A stretch of DNA of 64,000 nt from an uncultured Chloroflexia bacterium (GTDB taxonomy: Bacteria > Chloroflexota > Limnocylindria > Limnocylindrales > CSP1-4). Of this stretch, positions 1-9,152 are shown piece by piece. The position numbers were made by a program, and so were the translations under genes. Every line of letters begins with the position of its first letter. Position 1 is the first letter of the stretch. The notes beneath the pieces were generated by a model, which saw only the letters and a program-made list of their open reading frames with translations, was not told the DNA's origin and made no database searches. The stretch lies in contig CAVVCZ010000006.1 in the NCBI GenBank assembly GCA_963746845.1, positions 409,008 to 473,007 on the forward strand. The letters are read 5' to 3'.

Positions 1-132
1 TTCCCGTCCGCGACCGCCGACGCGCTCGACTGGAGCAACTGGGCGCTCGAGCCCGCGGATTGGGCGAAGTGGAAGGTGGACTCGCTGAATTCGAGCAAGG
101 ACCCGGCCCCGGGCACGACGAGACCGCGGTGA
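1..132 (+). CDS. 3' end of an unidentified CDS (partial, enters from upstream of window)
   Basis: Frame +1 is open from base 1 to TGA at 130-132, with >90% G/C at codon position 3 (FPSATADALDWSNWALEPADWAKWKVDSLNSSKDPAPGTTRPR*). The antisense frame sharing the same wobble position is also open, so the strand call is ambiguous. Confidence 0.3.
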   Translation, partial: FPSATADALDWSNWALEPADWAKWKVDSLNSSKDPAPGTTRPR

Positions 133-510
133 CCGCCCATCCAGATCGCCCGGAGCCCACTCGGCACGGGACCGCCCGCGGCGACAGGTGAACCGGCCGA
201 CGACGATGGCGAGCCGAGTGGTGATCCGCTGGCGCTCGGAATGGCCGATGAGCCGGGCCCTGGCGCGGCCCCCGGATCTGAAGAGGATCAACGAACCGGC
301 GACGACGACGACCGCGGTCGCGCCGAGCAGGCGGCGATGGAGAGGCGATTCATGGGTGTGGACCTCCAGGTCAGCCATCGCACCGGCCGCCGCTGCGGCG
401 CGGTCTCGACGGCTCGCGAGGACGGCGGCAATCGCGTGGTCGGGCGCCTCGTCCGGCATCAGGTCGAGCCAGGCTCGAACGATCCGATCGGTGTCGCGGT
501 TCACGGTCAT
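133..510 (-). CDS. putative membrane-anchored anti-sigma-like protein; 3' end unresolved
   Basis: ATG at 508-510 overlaps the TGA of the upstream ECF sigma gene (ATGA). N-terminus is MTVNRDTDRIVRAWLDLMPDEAPDHAIAAVLA, followed by one hydrophobic helix (LLGATAVVVVAGSLILF). GC3 is high down to ~180, but this frame has no stop before base 1, so the end (or a further frame change) is not resolved. Confidence 0.45.
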
Positions 511-1056
511 GCCATCCGTCCTTCGGGGACGACCGGCGCCGCGTCGGCCTCGATGGCCGCGCGCAGCGTCCGGGTCGCGTAATGCAGATCGCGAGCGGAC
601 CGTCCCGGCCGGGACGCCGAGCGTGTCGGCGATCTCGACCAGGGGCAGCCCGATGTGGTGATGCAGGACGAACACGGCCCGATGCTCGATCGAGAGCCGG
701 CCGAACGCCCGATCGAGGGCGTCACGGTCGACGACCGAGAGGAGGCCGTCCGGCCCGACCGGCCCGTCGACCGGCAGGACGCGGATGTGGGATGCCCATG
801 ACCGGCGACGCCTGGCCTCGGCGTAGCAGGCATGAACGAGGAGGCGTCGCAGCCAGGCCTCGAAGCGAGCCGGGTCGCGCAGGGTGGGCAGGTTCCGCCA
901 GGCCGTGATCAGGGCGCTCTGCAGGGCGTCCTCAGCAAGGTCGGCGTCGCGCAGGATCCGTGCGGCCAGCGCGTACATCCGGTCGCTGGTCAGCTGGACC
1001 AGGTCCGCGAATGCCTCGCGATCGCCGTGTCGGGCCCGCTCGACGAGCTCGTCCAC
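507..1056 (-). pseudogene. ECF-type RNA polymerase sigma-70 family factor, reading frame broken in region 4.2
   Basis: GTG at 1054-1056 has GGAGGG 6 nt upstream. About 155 codons (DELVERARHGDREAFADLV...AWRNLPTLRDPARFEAWLRRL...HHHIGLPLVEIADTLGVPAGTVRSR) lie in one frame. The conserved end (DLHYATRTLRAAIEAD...GRMA*) lies in another frame. The frames meet at ~585-592 (tcgcgatctgcattac), one extra base relative to an intact ...RSRLHYATR. GC3 confirms the frame switch. Confidence 0.8.
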
Positions 1057-1189
1057 CCGTTCCCTCCGATGAGCCGCGCCGATGAGGCGCGTTCACCGTC
1101 AATGAGTGTGGGCGTCGGAGCAAACGTTCAGCGGGCGCAGACCACGACCGTCACCAACGTCTCGCGATCGCGTATTGCAAGAAGGCGTT

Positions 1190-1218
1190 ATCCGAACGCA
1201 GTCGACGCCCGTTCGGAT
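1190..1218 (-). terminator. candidate stem-loop terminator downstream of the EamA gene
   Basis: Perfect 9-bp inverted repeat atccgaacg/cgttcggat with an 11-nt loop, in the 316-bp gap between the EamA stop and the sigma start. No clear U-tract. Confidence 0.3.
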
Positions 1219-1360
1219 CGTTGAAGGCTTCCCGGCGATCGCCGGACGCCTTCTGGCAATGAAGCCGGCCACAAGTGACCGCCAAGCGGACGGTGGTGAT
1301 GTCCGTTGCGGGCAACTACGCCTACTTGAGATATCGGGGGCGTGCGCCGGGTGGTCCGGC

Positions 1361-1392
1361 GCCGCGCGGGCCTTACGCCGCGCGGGCCTTAC
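1361..1392. repeat. exact 16-bp tandem duplication (gccgcgcgggccttac x2)
   Basis: Read directly: 1361-1376 and 1377-1392 are identical. Each copy supplies the TAA stop (tta on + strand) for one of the two frames of the broken EamA gene (ends 1373 and 1389). Confidence 0.9.
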
Positions 1393-2330
1393 GACCGGCC
1401 CGACCCGGCAGCACGCCGCGGGTGATCAGCACACCGGCGACGATCACGACGCCGCCGACGACCTGGCCGGCACGGATCGGCTCGGACAGGAAGATCGCGG
1501 CGAGGACGACCGCCAACGCCGGGACCAGGAACTGGTACGCCGACGTCCGGGTCGGGCCGACGACACGGACCCCGTTCTGGACGATGACGTTCGAGACGCC
1601 CGCGGCCAGGAAGCCGGAATAGAGGACGGCACCGATGACCTCGGGCGGGACGCTCGCGAGCCCGGCGGCCGAGAGCTGCGCGATCGCGATCGGAGCGAGC
1701 ACGACCGTTCCCGCCACTGTGGCCCAGGCCGTCGCCCGGAGCGGGCTGTACCGCCCGAGGAACCGCGCGCCGAACGCGAGATAGACCGACCAGCAGAACG
1801 CCGCAAGGAGCGTGATCGCCTCGCCCGGCGAGCTCGCTCCCGAGGCTCAGCCCGTACCCCGACGCGATGACGATCGCGACGCCGACGAACGAGATCACGC
1901 CGCCGCCGACCTTCGCCGGGGTCAGGACGTCGGACCGGGCGAGGACGGCGAGGAACGCGACCAGGACGGGGGTCGAGGCGATGATCAGTGCCGAATCGCC
2001 GGCCGGGATGGTCGACAGGCCTGTCGTCCAGAGGATCTGGTAGATCCCGAAGCCCAGCGCGCCGAGGCCGGCGATGCCGAGCAGGTCACGCCGCGGGAGT
2101 CCGACCGATCCTTCCCGCCAGCGGAGCAGCGCGAACAGGGTGAGCGAGGCGATCGCGAACCGGAGGAACGTGAACCCGACCGGCGGCAGGACCGTGAGCG
2201 CCGACTTGACGACGATGAAGTTGGCCGCCCACAGGACCATGACCGCGAGGACCGCGACCTCGGCGACGCGGCGCTCGGAGCGGCTGAACCTGACGCGGGA
2301 GGACACCGTCAACGGGTGCCCCGGGGACAC
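1373..2330 (-). pseudogene. EamA/DMT-family transporter, frameshifted between its two EamA repeats
   Basis: The N-terminal half (ORF 1389..2330: VLAVMVLWAANFIVVKSAL...GYGLSLGS) and the C-terminal half (frame of ORF 1373..1717, open up to 1846: SSPGEAITLLAAFCWSVYLAFGARFLGRYSPLRATAWATVAGTVVLAPIAIAQL...) are in different frames. The junction must lie within ~1822-1846. Confidence 0.8.
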
Positions 2331-2417
2331 CGAAACGCCCGCCGGGGTTCCGGCGGGCGTCGAAGCCTCGGTGGTCGCCGCCGCGCCATCCGGCGCCGCG
2401 GCTTCGTTCGTGCGGAT

Positions 2418-2573
2418 CTACGCGCCTTCGCGATCGAGCTCGAGCAGGTCGTCCTCCTGCTCCTCGGTGACCTTCAGCCAGACGAACAGCCCGGCGAGGA
2501 CGATGAGCGGGATGACGATCAACGCGGCAAGCGTGATCCCGAGGGCGACGGCGACGGTCTTGAGCGCCTTCAT
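2418..2573 (-). CDS. small single-pass membrane protein (51 aa)
   Basis: MKALKTVAVALGITLAALIVIPLIVLAGLFVWLKVTEEQEDDLLELDREGA. GGAGGA lies 7 nt upstream of the ATG at 2571-2573. There is a hydrophobic helix and an acidic tail. Confidence 0.6.
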   Translation of the reverse strand: MKALKTVAVALGITLAALIVIPLIVLAGLFVWLKVTEEQEDDLLELDREGA

Positions 2574-2647
2574 GGTTCGTTCCTCCGTGTGGTTGGGGTT
2601 GGGCATGACCTGCGATCCTGTGGGTGACGACGTCCGGCTGTGGCGGG

Positions 2648-3172
2648 TCAGGCGGTCGTCTTGGACTTGGGGTTCGGGATCGGCACCCGGAGCGCCGGCC
2701 CCCGCGCCACGAGCTCGGCGATGTCGTCCCGGGTGAACTCGGCGAGGATGTGCTGGCCGCCCTGCTGGGCGGTCTGGAACAGGCGGACGACGAACGCCCC
2801 GTCCTGCTCGAAGAAGAACACGTCACGCGGCCGCTGCTCGTCCATGTACCGGCCGATCACGCGCAGCGCGGTCTCGTAGAACCCGGCGTCGCGGTGCGGC
2901 TCCGGTCCGGGCTTCCCGCGCCGGGCGACGGACTCCTCCATGAACCGCGAGATGTCGTCGTCGAGGAACGTGAGGGTCTCCTTGGCCTGGTGGCCGAGCG
3001 ACTCGGACCAGGCCCCGCCGGCCTCGCCGCTCGTCACGACTCCCTGGACGATGAACCCGTCCGGCGCTTCGACGAGGAGGATCTCGCGCATGCCCCGCTG
3101 GTCGATGAAGGCCCCGATCGAGCGGAAGACCTCCTCGAAGTCCTGGCGCGGGCTTCCCTCGTAGATGCGCAT
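2648..3172 (-). CDS. hypothetical cytoplasmic protein with an internal two-fold domain duplication
   Basis: 174-aa ORF with good GC3. Two similar modules: DFEEVFRSIGAFIDQRGMREILLVEAPDGFIVQG...LTFLDDDISRFMEE and FYETALRVIGRYMDEQRPRDVFFFEQDGAFVVRL...AEFTRDDIAELV. Confidence 0.7.
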   Translation of the reverse strand: MRIYEGSPRQDFEEVFRSIGAFIDQRGMREILLVEAPDGFIVQGVVTSGEAGGAWSESLGHQAKETLTFLDDDISRFMEESVARRGKPGPEPHRDAGFYETALRVIGRYMDEQRPRDVFFFEQDGAFVVRLFQTAQQGGQHILAEFTRDDIAELVARGPALRVPIPNPKSKTTA

Positions 3173-3232
3173 CGGGCCTCCCTCTGGGCCTGCCGGACGC
3201 CACGACGCGGCGTGGCTTGCAATCGCCGGTGG

Positions 3233-4201
3233 TCAGGAGCCGGTGGTCCGGTCGAGCAGGCCGCGATCCTTCGCCCGTCGGTCGCTCGCCCGGAAGACGG
3301 CCACTGCCGCGAGTGTAGCCACCGCCCCGCTCAGCAGCAAGGCGAGGACGATCGTCACGGGGTCCGGCGCGGGGCTCCCGGTGAGCTGGGTGTAGAGCGA
3401 TCCGGGGCCACCGATCGACGAGACGCCGCCGGGGAACAGGGCGTGCCTGACGCCCTCGATCCACCACGTCAGCGGGGTGATCAGCCCGATCGCCTGCACG
3501 GCGCTCGGCAGGACCGCCAGCGGGAAGACCACGCCGGACACCAGGAACAGGGCGCCGGCGGCGGCCTCCGGATACGACCACGACTCCTGCCGGGTCTGCA
3601 GGCAGATCGCCGCGAGGAGCAGCCCGATCGCGAGAATCGAGGTGACACCGATCACCATGACCGCGGCCAGCAGCGTCCAGTGGACCCGTGCGATGTCGAA
3701 CGGCACGCCGAGCACGGCGACGCCAACGACGAGCGTGATCGCGGCCCCCATCGCGCCAACGCCGATCCGGGCGACGCCGCGGCCGAAGACCACCGCGAGG
3801 AACTCGCTCGGGCTGACGTAGAGGTACTTCAGCATCCGGTAGCGCTCGCGGTCGTCGAGGATCATCCAGGCGAGGCCGCTGACCCCGGACAGGACGAACG
3901 ACCAGAGCGCGCTGCCCACGACCACGAACGCGCGGTACTCCGGCTTCGAGCCGCCGCTGATGACGTCGAGCATGACGACGAGGATCAGGGCCGAGGCGAG
4001 CGGCTTCGCGACGGAGTAGATGAAGAACAGGATCGGGTCGGTCCAGTTCGCCTCCATCTGCCAGCCGAGGCGCGTCGCGGTCGCGAAGCTCCGCCGCACG
4101 TCGATCCAGCCGCGACCGCGCGTTCTCGCCGGGTCGAACCCGCCCCAGGCCGGGGAGGCCAGACCGGGCGCGTCGGCGCGGATCGCGGGATCGGCGGTCA
4201 T
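3233..4201 (-). CDS. ABC-2 type transporter permease
   Basis: The ATG at 4199-4201 overlaps the TGA of the upstream permease (ATGA). Multi-TM sequence (WTDPILFFIYSVAKPLASALILVV...). The 701-aa track ORF is an artificial 5' extension. Confidence 0.85.
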   Translation of the reverse strand: MTADPAIRADAPGLASPAWGGFDPARTRGRGWIDVRRSFATATRLGWQMEANWTDPILFFIYSVAKPLASALILVVMLDVISGGSKPEYRAFVVVGSALWSFVLSGVSGLAWMILDDRERYRMLKYLYVSPSEFLAVVFGRGVARIGVGAMGAAITLVVGVAVLGVPFDIARVHWTLLAAVMVIGVTSILAIGLLLAAICLQTRQESWSYPEAAAGALFLVSGVVFPLAVLPSAVQAIGLITPLTWWIEGVRHALFPGGVSSIGGPGSLYTQLTGSPAPDPVTIVLALLLSGAVATLAAVAVFRASDRRAKDRGLLDRTTGS

Positions 4202-5109
4202 TGCCAGCGCACCGAGAGCCGCCCTTCCTGGCGGGCCCGTCGCTCGAGCGTCACGAGCGCCCACCGGGCGACCGCGAGGAAGACGACGACCATCGCGGCG
4301 AGGATCAGGGCCTCGATGCCGGGCGGGGGTGTCCCGGTCGGGTAGGCCGAGCCGGCGAACGCGAGCTGGCGCATCGCGTCCAGCCCGACCGCGAGCGGGA
4401 TGATGCTGATGGCCAGGGAGCCCAGCACGCCCAGCCGCGCGATCGGGAAGTTCAGCCCCGACACGAAGTAGACCGGCTCCACGAGCAGCTGGGTCAGATG
4501 CCACGCCTCGCGGCCCCACATCAGGAACAGGCTGGCGAGGACCATCCCGAGTCCGTACAGCGCCGCGAGAGTCAACAGGAACACGGCGAACAGCAGGGCC
4601 CACTGGTCGACCGAGAAGGTCACGCCGAACACGGTGGTCGCGATGATCAGGACGGCGGCCGCGCGGGTGGAGCTCATCACGAACCCGCCGAAGGCCATCC
4701 CGAACAGGACGGCCATGATGTTCATCGGCGCGGCGAAGTAGAGCTCGAGGTTGCCCTGGCTCTTCTCCCACCAGAGCTGCTGGGCCATCATCCAGATCAC
4801 GTTCAGCCAGAACGCGGTCATCGCCCCGCCGAGGACGACGAAGCCGATGTACTGGGGTGGCGCCTGCAGCGCCCGGTAGACGAAGACGAACGCCGCGGTC
4901 GACAGAAACGGCAGCAGGATCTCGAAGAAGACCCAGCTCTTCTCCCGGGCCAGGCCCGTGATCCGCGGATAGGCCCGGCCGTGGATCGTCCGCAGGTTCG
5001 TCAGCCAGATCTGGCGGCGCGTCCACTCGGCGGCTGCCTGCGGGCTGGCGGTGGGCCGGTAGACGAACGCCGATCGCGGCGGGAGCGACCCGGCCTCGCC
5101 AGCGCTCAC
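4198..5109 (-). CDS. ABC-2 type transporter permease
   Basis: 303-aa multi-TM ORF (FFEILLPFLSTAAFVFVYRAL...). It overlaps the ATPase stop and the next permease start by 4 nt each. Confidence 0.85.
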   Translation of the reverse strand: MSAGEAGSLPPRSAFVYRPTASPQAAAEWTRRQIWLTNLRTIHGRAYPRITGLAREKSWVFFEILLPFLSTAAFVFVYRALQAPPQYIGFVVLGGAMTAFWLNVIWMMAQQLWWEKSQGNLELYFAAPMNIMAVLFGMAFGGFVMSSTRAAAVLIIATTVFGVTFSVDQWALLFAVFLLTLAALYGLGMVLASLFLMWGREAWHLTQLLVEPVYFVSGLNFPIARLGVLGSLAISIIPLAVGLDAMRQLAFAGSAYPTGTPPPGIEALILAAMVVVFLAVARWALVTLERRARQEGRLSVRWQ

Positions 5110-6242
5110 GCGACCTCCTCCGCCTCACGCTCGTGCGAGTCGTCCGTCCCGCGGCTCCCGGCGTCGGCCTCGCCGGGCTCGTTCGGGATCCGCTCGTCGT
5201 CGCCCGCCTCGTCGGCATCGTGGAAGCCGCGTCCGACGAGCTCGACGAAGACATCCTCGAGCGAGGGCTCGGATTTTCGGAGCGCGAGGATGTGGGAGCC
5301 GAGCCCGCCCAGCGCGCCGACGACCCCGCCGAGGGCACCGTCGTCCTCCAGGGCGAGGTTGACCTCGACGGTCCGGCGGTCGGCCTTGCCGTCGGCCCGG
5401 TCGCCGGCGGCCAGAGCGGCGCTGACGACGCCCGGCAGCCGGCGGAGCGCGCCGGCCCCGCCGTCGAGCCGGTCGAGCTCGAGGCGGAACACGCTCTCGC
5501 GCTGGACGCGCCGCTTCAGCTCGTCGGGCGTGCCGAGGGCGAGGATCCGGCCGTGGTCGACGATCGCGATCCGCTCGCACAGCTCGTCGGCCTCGGCCAT
5601 GTAGTGGGTGGTGAGGAGGACCGTCCGGCCGGGCACGGCCGCCTTCCAGGCGAGGACCAGCTCTCGGACCGACCGGGCGGCCGACACGTCCAGACCGAGG
5701 GTCGGCTCGTCGAGGAAGAAGATCCACGGGTCGTTGAGGAGGCCGCGGGCGAAGTTCATCCGCTGGCGCTGGCCGGTCGACAGGGTGCTGACGCGCTGGA
5801 GCGCCTGCTCCTCCATCCCGACGGCCTCGATCAGCTCGTCCACGCGCTTCCAGCCGTCGCGGGACGGCAGGCCGTAGAACTGGCTGAACATCCAGAGCTG
5901 CTCGCGGACGGTGAGGATCCCGTAGCCCGATTGCTCGCCGCCGGCGACCATGTTCATGATCCGGCGGATCTGCCTGGTCTGGCGGGAGACGTCGAAGCCG
6001 AAGATCCGGGCACTCCCCTCGGACGGGAGGAGGAGCGTCGTGAGGATCTTGATCAGCGTCGTCTTGCCCGCACCGTTCGGCCCGAGCAGGCCGAAGAACT
6101 CGCCCGGCTCGACCTGGAGGTCGACCCCATCGAGGGCGACGACGGGCTTCGGCTTGACGTTGTAGACGCGTCGGATTCCGCGGACGTCGATGGCGAGCGG
6201 TGGCCGGGCGTCGGGCTCGGAAGCGGGTTGGACGGGGGACAC
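5106..6242 (-). CDS. ABC transporter ATP-binding protein (DrrA/ABC-2 exporter type)
   Basis: Walker A GPNGAGKTT, signature LSTGQRQR, Walker B FFLDEPTLGLD. The start is taken as GTG 6240-6242 (VSPVQPASEP...) and is uncertain. The upstream part of the 540-aa ORF is not protein-like. Confidence 0.85.
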   Translation of the reverse strand: MSPVQPASEPDARPPLAIDVRGIRRVYNVKPKPVVALDGVDLQVEPGEFFGLLGPNGAGKTTLIKILTTLLLPSEGSARIFGFDVSRQTRQIRRIMNMVAGGEQSGYGILTVREQLWMFSQFYGLPSRDGWKRVDELIEAVGMEEQALQRVSTLSTGQRQRMNFARGLLNDPWIFFLDEPTLGLDVSAARSVRELVLAWKAAVPGRTVLLTTHYMAEADELCERIAIVDHGRILALGTPDELKRRVQRESVFRLELDRLDGGAGALRRLPGVVSAALAAGDRADGKADRRTVEVNLALEDDGALGGVVGALGGLGSHILALRKSEPSLEDVFVELVGRGFHDADEAGDDERIPNEPGEADAGSRGTDDSHEREAEEVA

Positions 6243-6276
6243 GGGACACCCCGGGCGGTCATCTGGAGGGATCGGG

Positions 6277-6305
6277 AGTGTACCCCTCGACCGGGGGTTT
6301 GAGAA
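6277..6305 (-). promoter_or_regulatory. candidate sigma-70-type promoter for the ABC-2 operon
   Basis: On the minus strand: TTCTCA, 17 nt, TACACT (TANNNT), ~35 nt upstream of the proposed GTG start. Motif match only. Confidence 0.25.
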
Positions 6306-6485
6306 GGGCGCCGTCGTCCACGTGTGAGATATCGATCGAACACGAGCGGGTCGGTTGTCGACGGATGTCGATGGCCGTTGGCCACGGAGCGCCGAGCCCG
6401 AAGCGGCCCCCGCGGTCGAGGATGGGACGCGGTCGACGACTCCCCACGTCGACCGTGAATCATCCGTTGAACCGAGGCCCGTCCG

Positions 6486-6647
6486 ATGAGCAAGAGCTTC
6501 TTCGCTGCGCCCGTGCTGACCCGCCACGCGGCGGCGATGCGCGCCCAGCACGCCACCCACCGCCACCCCGTGATTGGCTGCCCCGACTGTCTCGGGCAGT
6601 CGTCCGGCCGGGGCCTCTCGATCCGGTACGCGCCCGCCCGCGTCTAG
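6486..6647 (+). CDS. small hypothetical protein (53 aa) with a CPDC motif
   Basis: MSKSFFAAPVLTRHAAAMRAQHATHRHPVIGCPDCLGQSSGRGLSIRYAPARV*. 51 of 54 codons end in G/C, against ~59% G/C at codon position 2. An in-frame stop lies 15 nt upstream of the ATG. It is below the ORF-track length cut-off. Confidence 0.4.
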   Translation: MSKSFFAAPVLTRHAAAMRAQHATHRHPVIGCPDCLGQSSGRGLSIRYAPARV

Positions 6648-6740
6648 CCGTTCCGGCAGTCGCCCGACGACCGCCACCAGGTGATCGGCGGTCGTTTGGC
6701 GTCGGGCTCCGGTCCGGGCGCTCGACACCGGCCGTTTCCG

Positions 6741-6922
6741 TCATCCGGCCTGCTGCCGGCCCTTCGTCACGGGATCGTCGTCAGCCGGCCGCCCCACGGC
6801 CCGCCGACAGGTTCCGGCCACTTCGGCGAGCGTGACCCGCACCTCGCCGCCAGCGGCGCGCTGACGAACGGCCTCGGTGAGGCCGGATGGCGAGAATCGC
6901 GAGTCCTCCTGGCGATCCGTCA
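6741..6922 (-). CDS. small hypothetical protein (60 aa)
   Basis: MTDRQEDSRFSPSGLTEAVRQRAAGGEVRVTLAEVAGTCRRAVGRPADDDPVTKGRQQAG. GC3 ~80%. No family recognised. Confidence 0.3.
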
Positions 6923-7121
6923 TACGACACCCAGGCGGTCGCAAGACGACTGAGTCGTGTCTTGCGATCAATGAGGCGGTCGGTTGTCAGATTCCGCACG
7001 GACTCCCGTGCGTGGCTGGGCCACGGGCATCGATTCCAGGCTGCCTGACGCCCGGGTGAGATTCGAATGACAGAAGCGCCCGCGATGAGTCGGTTCGGTG
7101 CCGAGCCATCGCGGCAGCCCG

Positions 7122-8063
7122 TCAGGGCGTCGTGGCGAGGGCCACCGCCAGCTCGGCGGCGACCCGGGCGTCGTTGACGATCAGCGCCGTGTTCGCGCGG
7201 ACGGAGGCACCGTCCGTCAGCTCGGCGATCCGACCGAGGAGCCACGGCGTCAGGGCCGGCCCGCCGATCCCCGCGGCGTCCGCTTCACGGACCGCCCGCT
7301 CGACGGCGCCCCGTGCCACGTCGCCGGGGAGTGCCTCCGCCTCCGGCACCGGCACGCACACCAGGACCCCGCCGAGCCCCAGCCGCCCCTGCATGCCGAC
7401 GATCCGCGCCGCGTCGGCGACCGTCGGCGCCGTTGCCGGCGAGCGGATCCCGCTCGACCGCGCATAGAACCCCGGCACCTCGTCCTGTCCGATGGTCAGC
7501 ACCGGTACGCCCCGCGTCTCGAGGTACTCGATCGTCGCCGGCACATCGAGGATCGCCTTCGGCCCCGCGCACACGACCGCGACCGGCGTCCGGGCGAGCT
7601 CCTCCAGGTCCGACGAGATGTCGAGCGTCGGGGCGCGGCCGCCCTCCCCCGCGAGCGCGCCCCGATGGACGCCTCCGATCCCGCCCGTCGCGAAGACGCG
7701 GATCCCCGCCGCGTGCGCGGCGATCATCGTCGCGGAGACGGTCGTGGCCGCCCAGCCGGTCCGCGCCACGGCCGCGGCGAGACTGGGCCGCGCGGCCTTC
7801 ATCACCGAGCCCTCCGGCGCGGTGGCGAGCGCCTCCAGGTCCGCAGCGTCCAGGCCGACGAGCAACCTCCCATCGCGGATCGCCACCGTCGCGGGCACGG
7901 CGCCACCCGCCCGCACGGCAGCCTCCGACGCCCGGGCGACCTCGAGGTTCGCGGGATACGGCAGTCCGTGGCTGATCAACGTCGACTCGAGCGCCACGAC
8001 CGGCGTCCCGGCGGCGAGCGCCTCGCGGACCTCGCCCCGGACGCGGAGCCAGGGCTCGATCAC
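7122..8063 (-). CDS. psuG: pseudouridine-5'-phosphate glycosidase
   Basis: IndA/PsuG-like sequence (VVALESTLISHGLPYPANLEVA...VFATGGIGGVHRG...DISSDLEEL). GTG at 8061-8063 overlaps the TGA of the upstream kinase (GTGA). Confidence 0.9.
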   Translation of the reverse strand: MIEPWLRVRGEVREALAAGTPVVALESTLISHGLPYPANLEVARASEAAVRAGGAVPATVAIRDGRLLVGLDAADLEALATAPEGSVMKAARPSLAAAVARTGWAATTVSATMIAAHAAGIRVFATGGIGGVHRGALAGEGGRAPTLDISSDLEELARTPVAVVCAGPKAILDVPATIEYLETRGVPVLTIGQDEVPGFYARSSGIRSPATAPTVADAARIVGMQGRLGLGGVLVCVPVPEAEALPGDVARGAVERAVREADAAGIGGPALTPWLLGRIAELTDGASVRANTALIVNDARVAAELAVALATTP

Positions 8064-9040
8064 AGGCTGAGCTCCTTGCCCGGGTTGGCCAGCTGACGAC
8101 CCGCCGCCCGATGCGCGGCGAGGACCGCCCGGCGCAGTGCCGCCGGTCGCGACCGCACCTCGGCCGGCTGGTCCAGCCACGCGACGAGGAACCCGGCATC
8201 GAACGCGTCGCCCGCACCGGTCGTGTCGGTCGCATCCTTCGCCCGCGCGGCGACGTCGAACGCGAGCCGCGAGGCGCCGTCCCGCGCCAGGACCGTCGCC
8301 CCGGCCCGGCCCTGCTTCACGACGGCCAGCGGCGCCAGGTCCGTCAGCCCGCTGAGATACGGGCCGCCGAGCAGCGCCTCCGCCTCCAGCCGCGTCGCGA
8401 ACAGGACGTCCGGCGCGGCGTTCTCGACCAGCTTCACGGCGGCCCGCCGCCCACGTGACAGCAAGGGGCGAGCGGACGCGAGATCGAGGCTCACGAGCGC
8501 GCCCGCCTCACGCGCGAGCTCGATCGCTCGGGCGCCCGCCTGCGCGAGCGGCTCGCCGAGCAGCGAATACGCGGGCAGGTGGAGCAGGTCGGCGCGGAAC
8601 GTCGACGCCTGGAGGTCCGACGGCGCCAGGCCATCCGCTGCGGCCCGGTCGGCCACGAAGCTGCGCTCGCCGCCCGGCGTGACGACTACCCCGATCCGCC
8701 CGGTCCGCCCGGCGACGCGGGTCGCGCGGACGCGGACCCCGTCGGATTCGACGGCCGCGACGAGGGCGCGCCCGACCGAGTCGCGGCCGATCGCGCAGAC
8801 GAGCGTCGTCCGCACGCCGAGGCGCGCGAGCCAGCGGGCGGTCGTGGCCGCGGACCCGCCCTGGCGCAGCACCACCCGCCCGGGCACGTCCGTCGCGGTC
8901 TCGAGCGTCCGGATCGGGACGATGACCGCATCGAGGACGAGGTCGCCCACGACGACCACGCGCGACCCGGATCGGGCGGTCGGATGCCGGCGGGAAAGGC
9001 CTCTGGGCATGGCCCGAGCATAGCGTCGGGCGCGCCGCAT
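8060..9040 (-). CDS. psuK: PfkB-family carbohydrate kinase, probable pseudouridine kinase
   Basis: PfkB motifs ([10 protein letters not shown]...; [13 protein letters not shown]). Translationally coupled to psuG. The start is either 9040 or 9010. Confidence 0.85.
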   Translation of the reverse strand: MRRARRYARAMPRGLSRRHPTARSGSRVVVVGDLVLDAVIVPIRTLETATDVPGRVVLRQGGSAATTARWLARLGVRTTLVCAIGRDSVGRALVAAVESDGVRVRATRVAGRTGRIGVVVTPGGERSFVADRAAADGLAPSDLQASTFRADLLHLPAYSLLGEPLAQAGARAIELAREAGALVSLDLASARPLLSRGRRAAVKLVENAAPDVLFATRLEAEALLGGPYLSGLTDLAPLAVVKQGRAGATVLARDGASRLAFDVAARAKDATDTTGAGDAFDAGFLVAWLDQPAEVRSRPAALRRAVLAAHRAAGRQLANPGKELSL

Positions 9041-9152
9041 GGGCGCGACGAGGGGGCCGTCCGGAGCCGGTCACGAGCCGGAACGCGCCTACAATGGATG
9101 CACCGCGCCGGATCCTCCGGAGCTCCACCGGCCCAGCGGGAGCACGCCCACG

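Noticed and set aside
507-1056. Sigma/anti-sigma fusion protein produced by the uninterrupted frame running from 1056 through 510 and onward
   Set aside because: In that frame the last ~30 codons before 510 have only ~57% GC3, against ~81% in the frame encoding the canonical region 4.2 end. The canonical frame also ends in an ATGA overlap with the anti-sigma start. A 1-nt indel is the simpler explanation.
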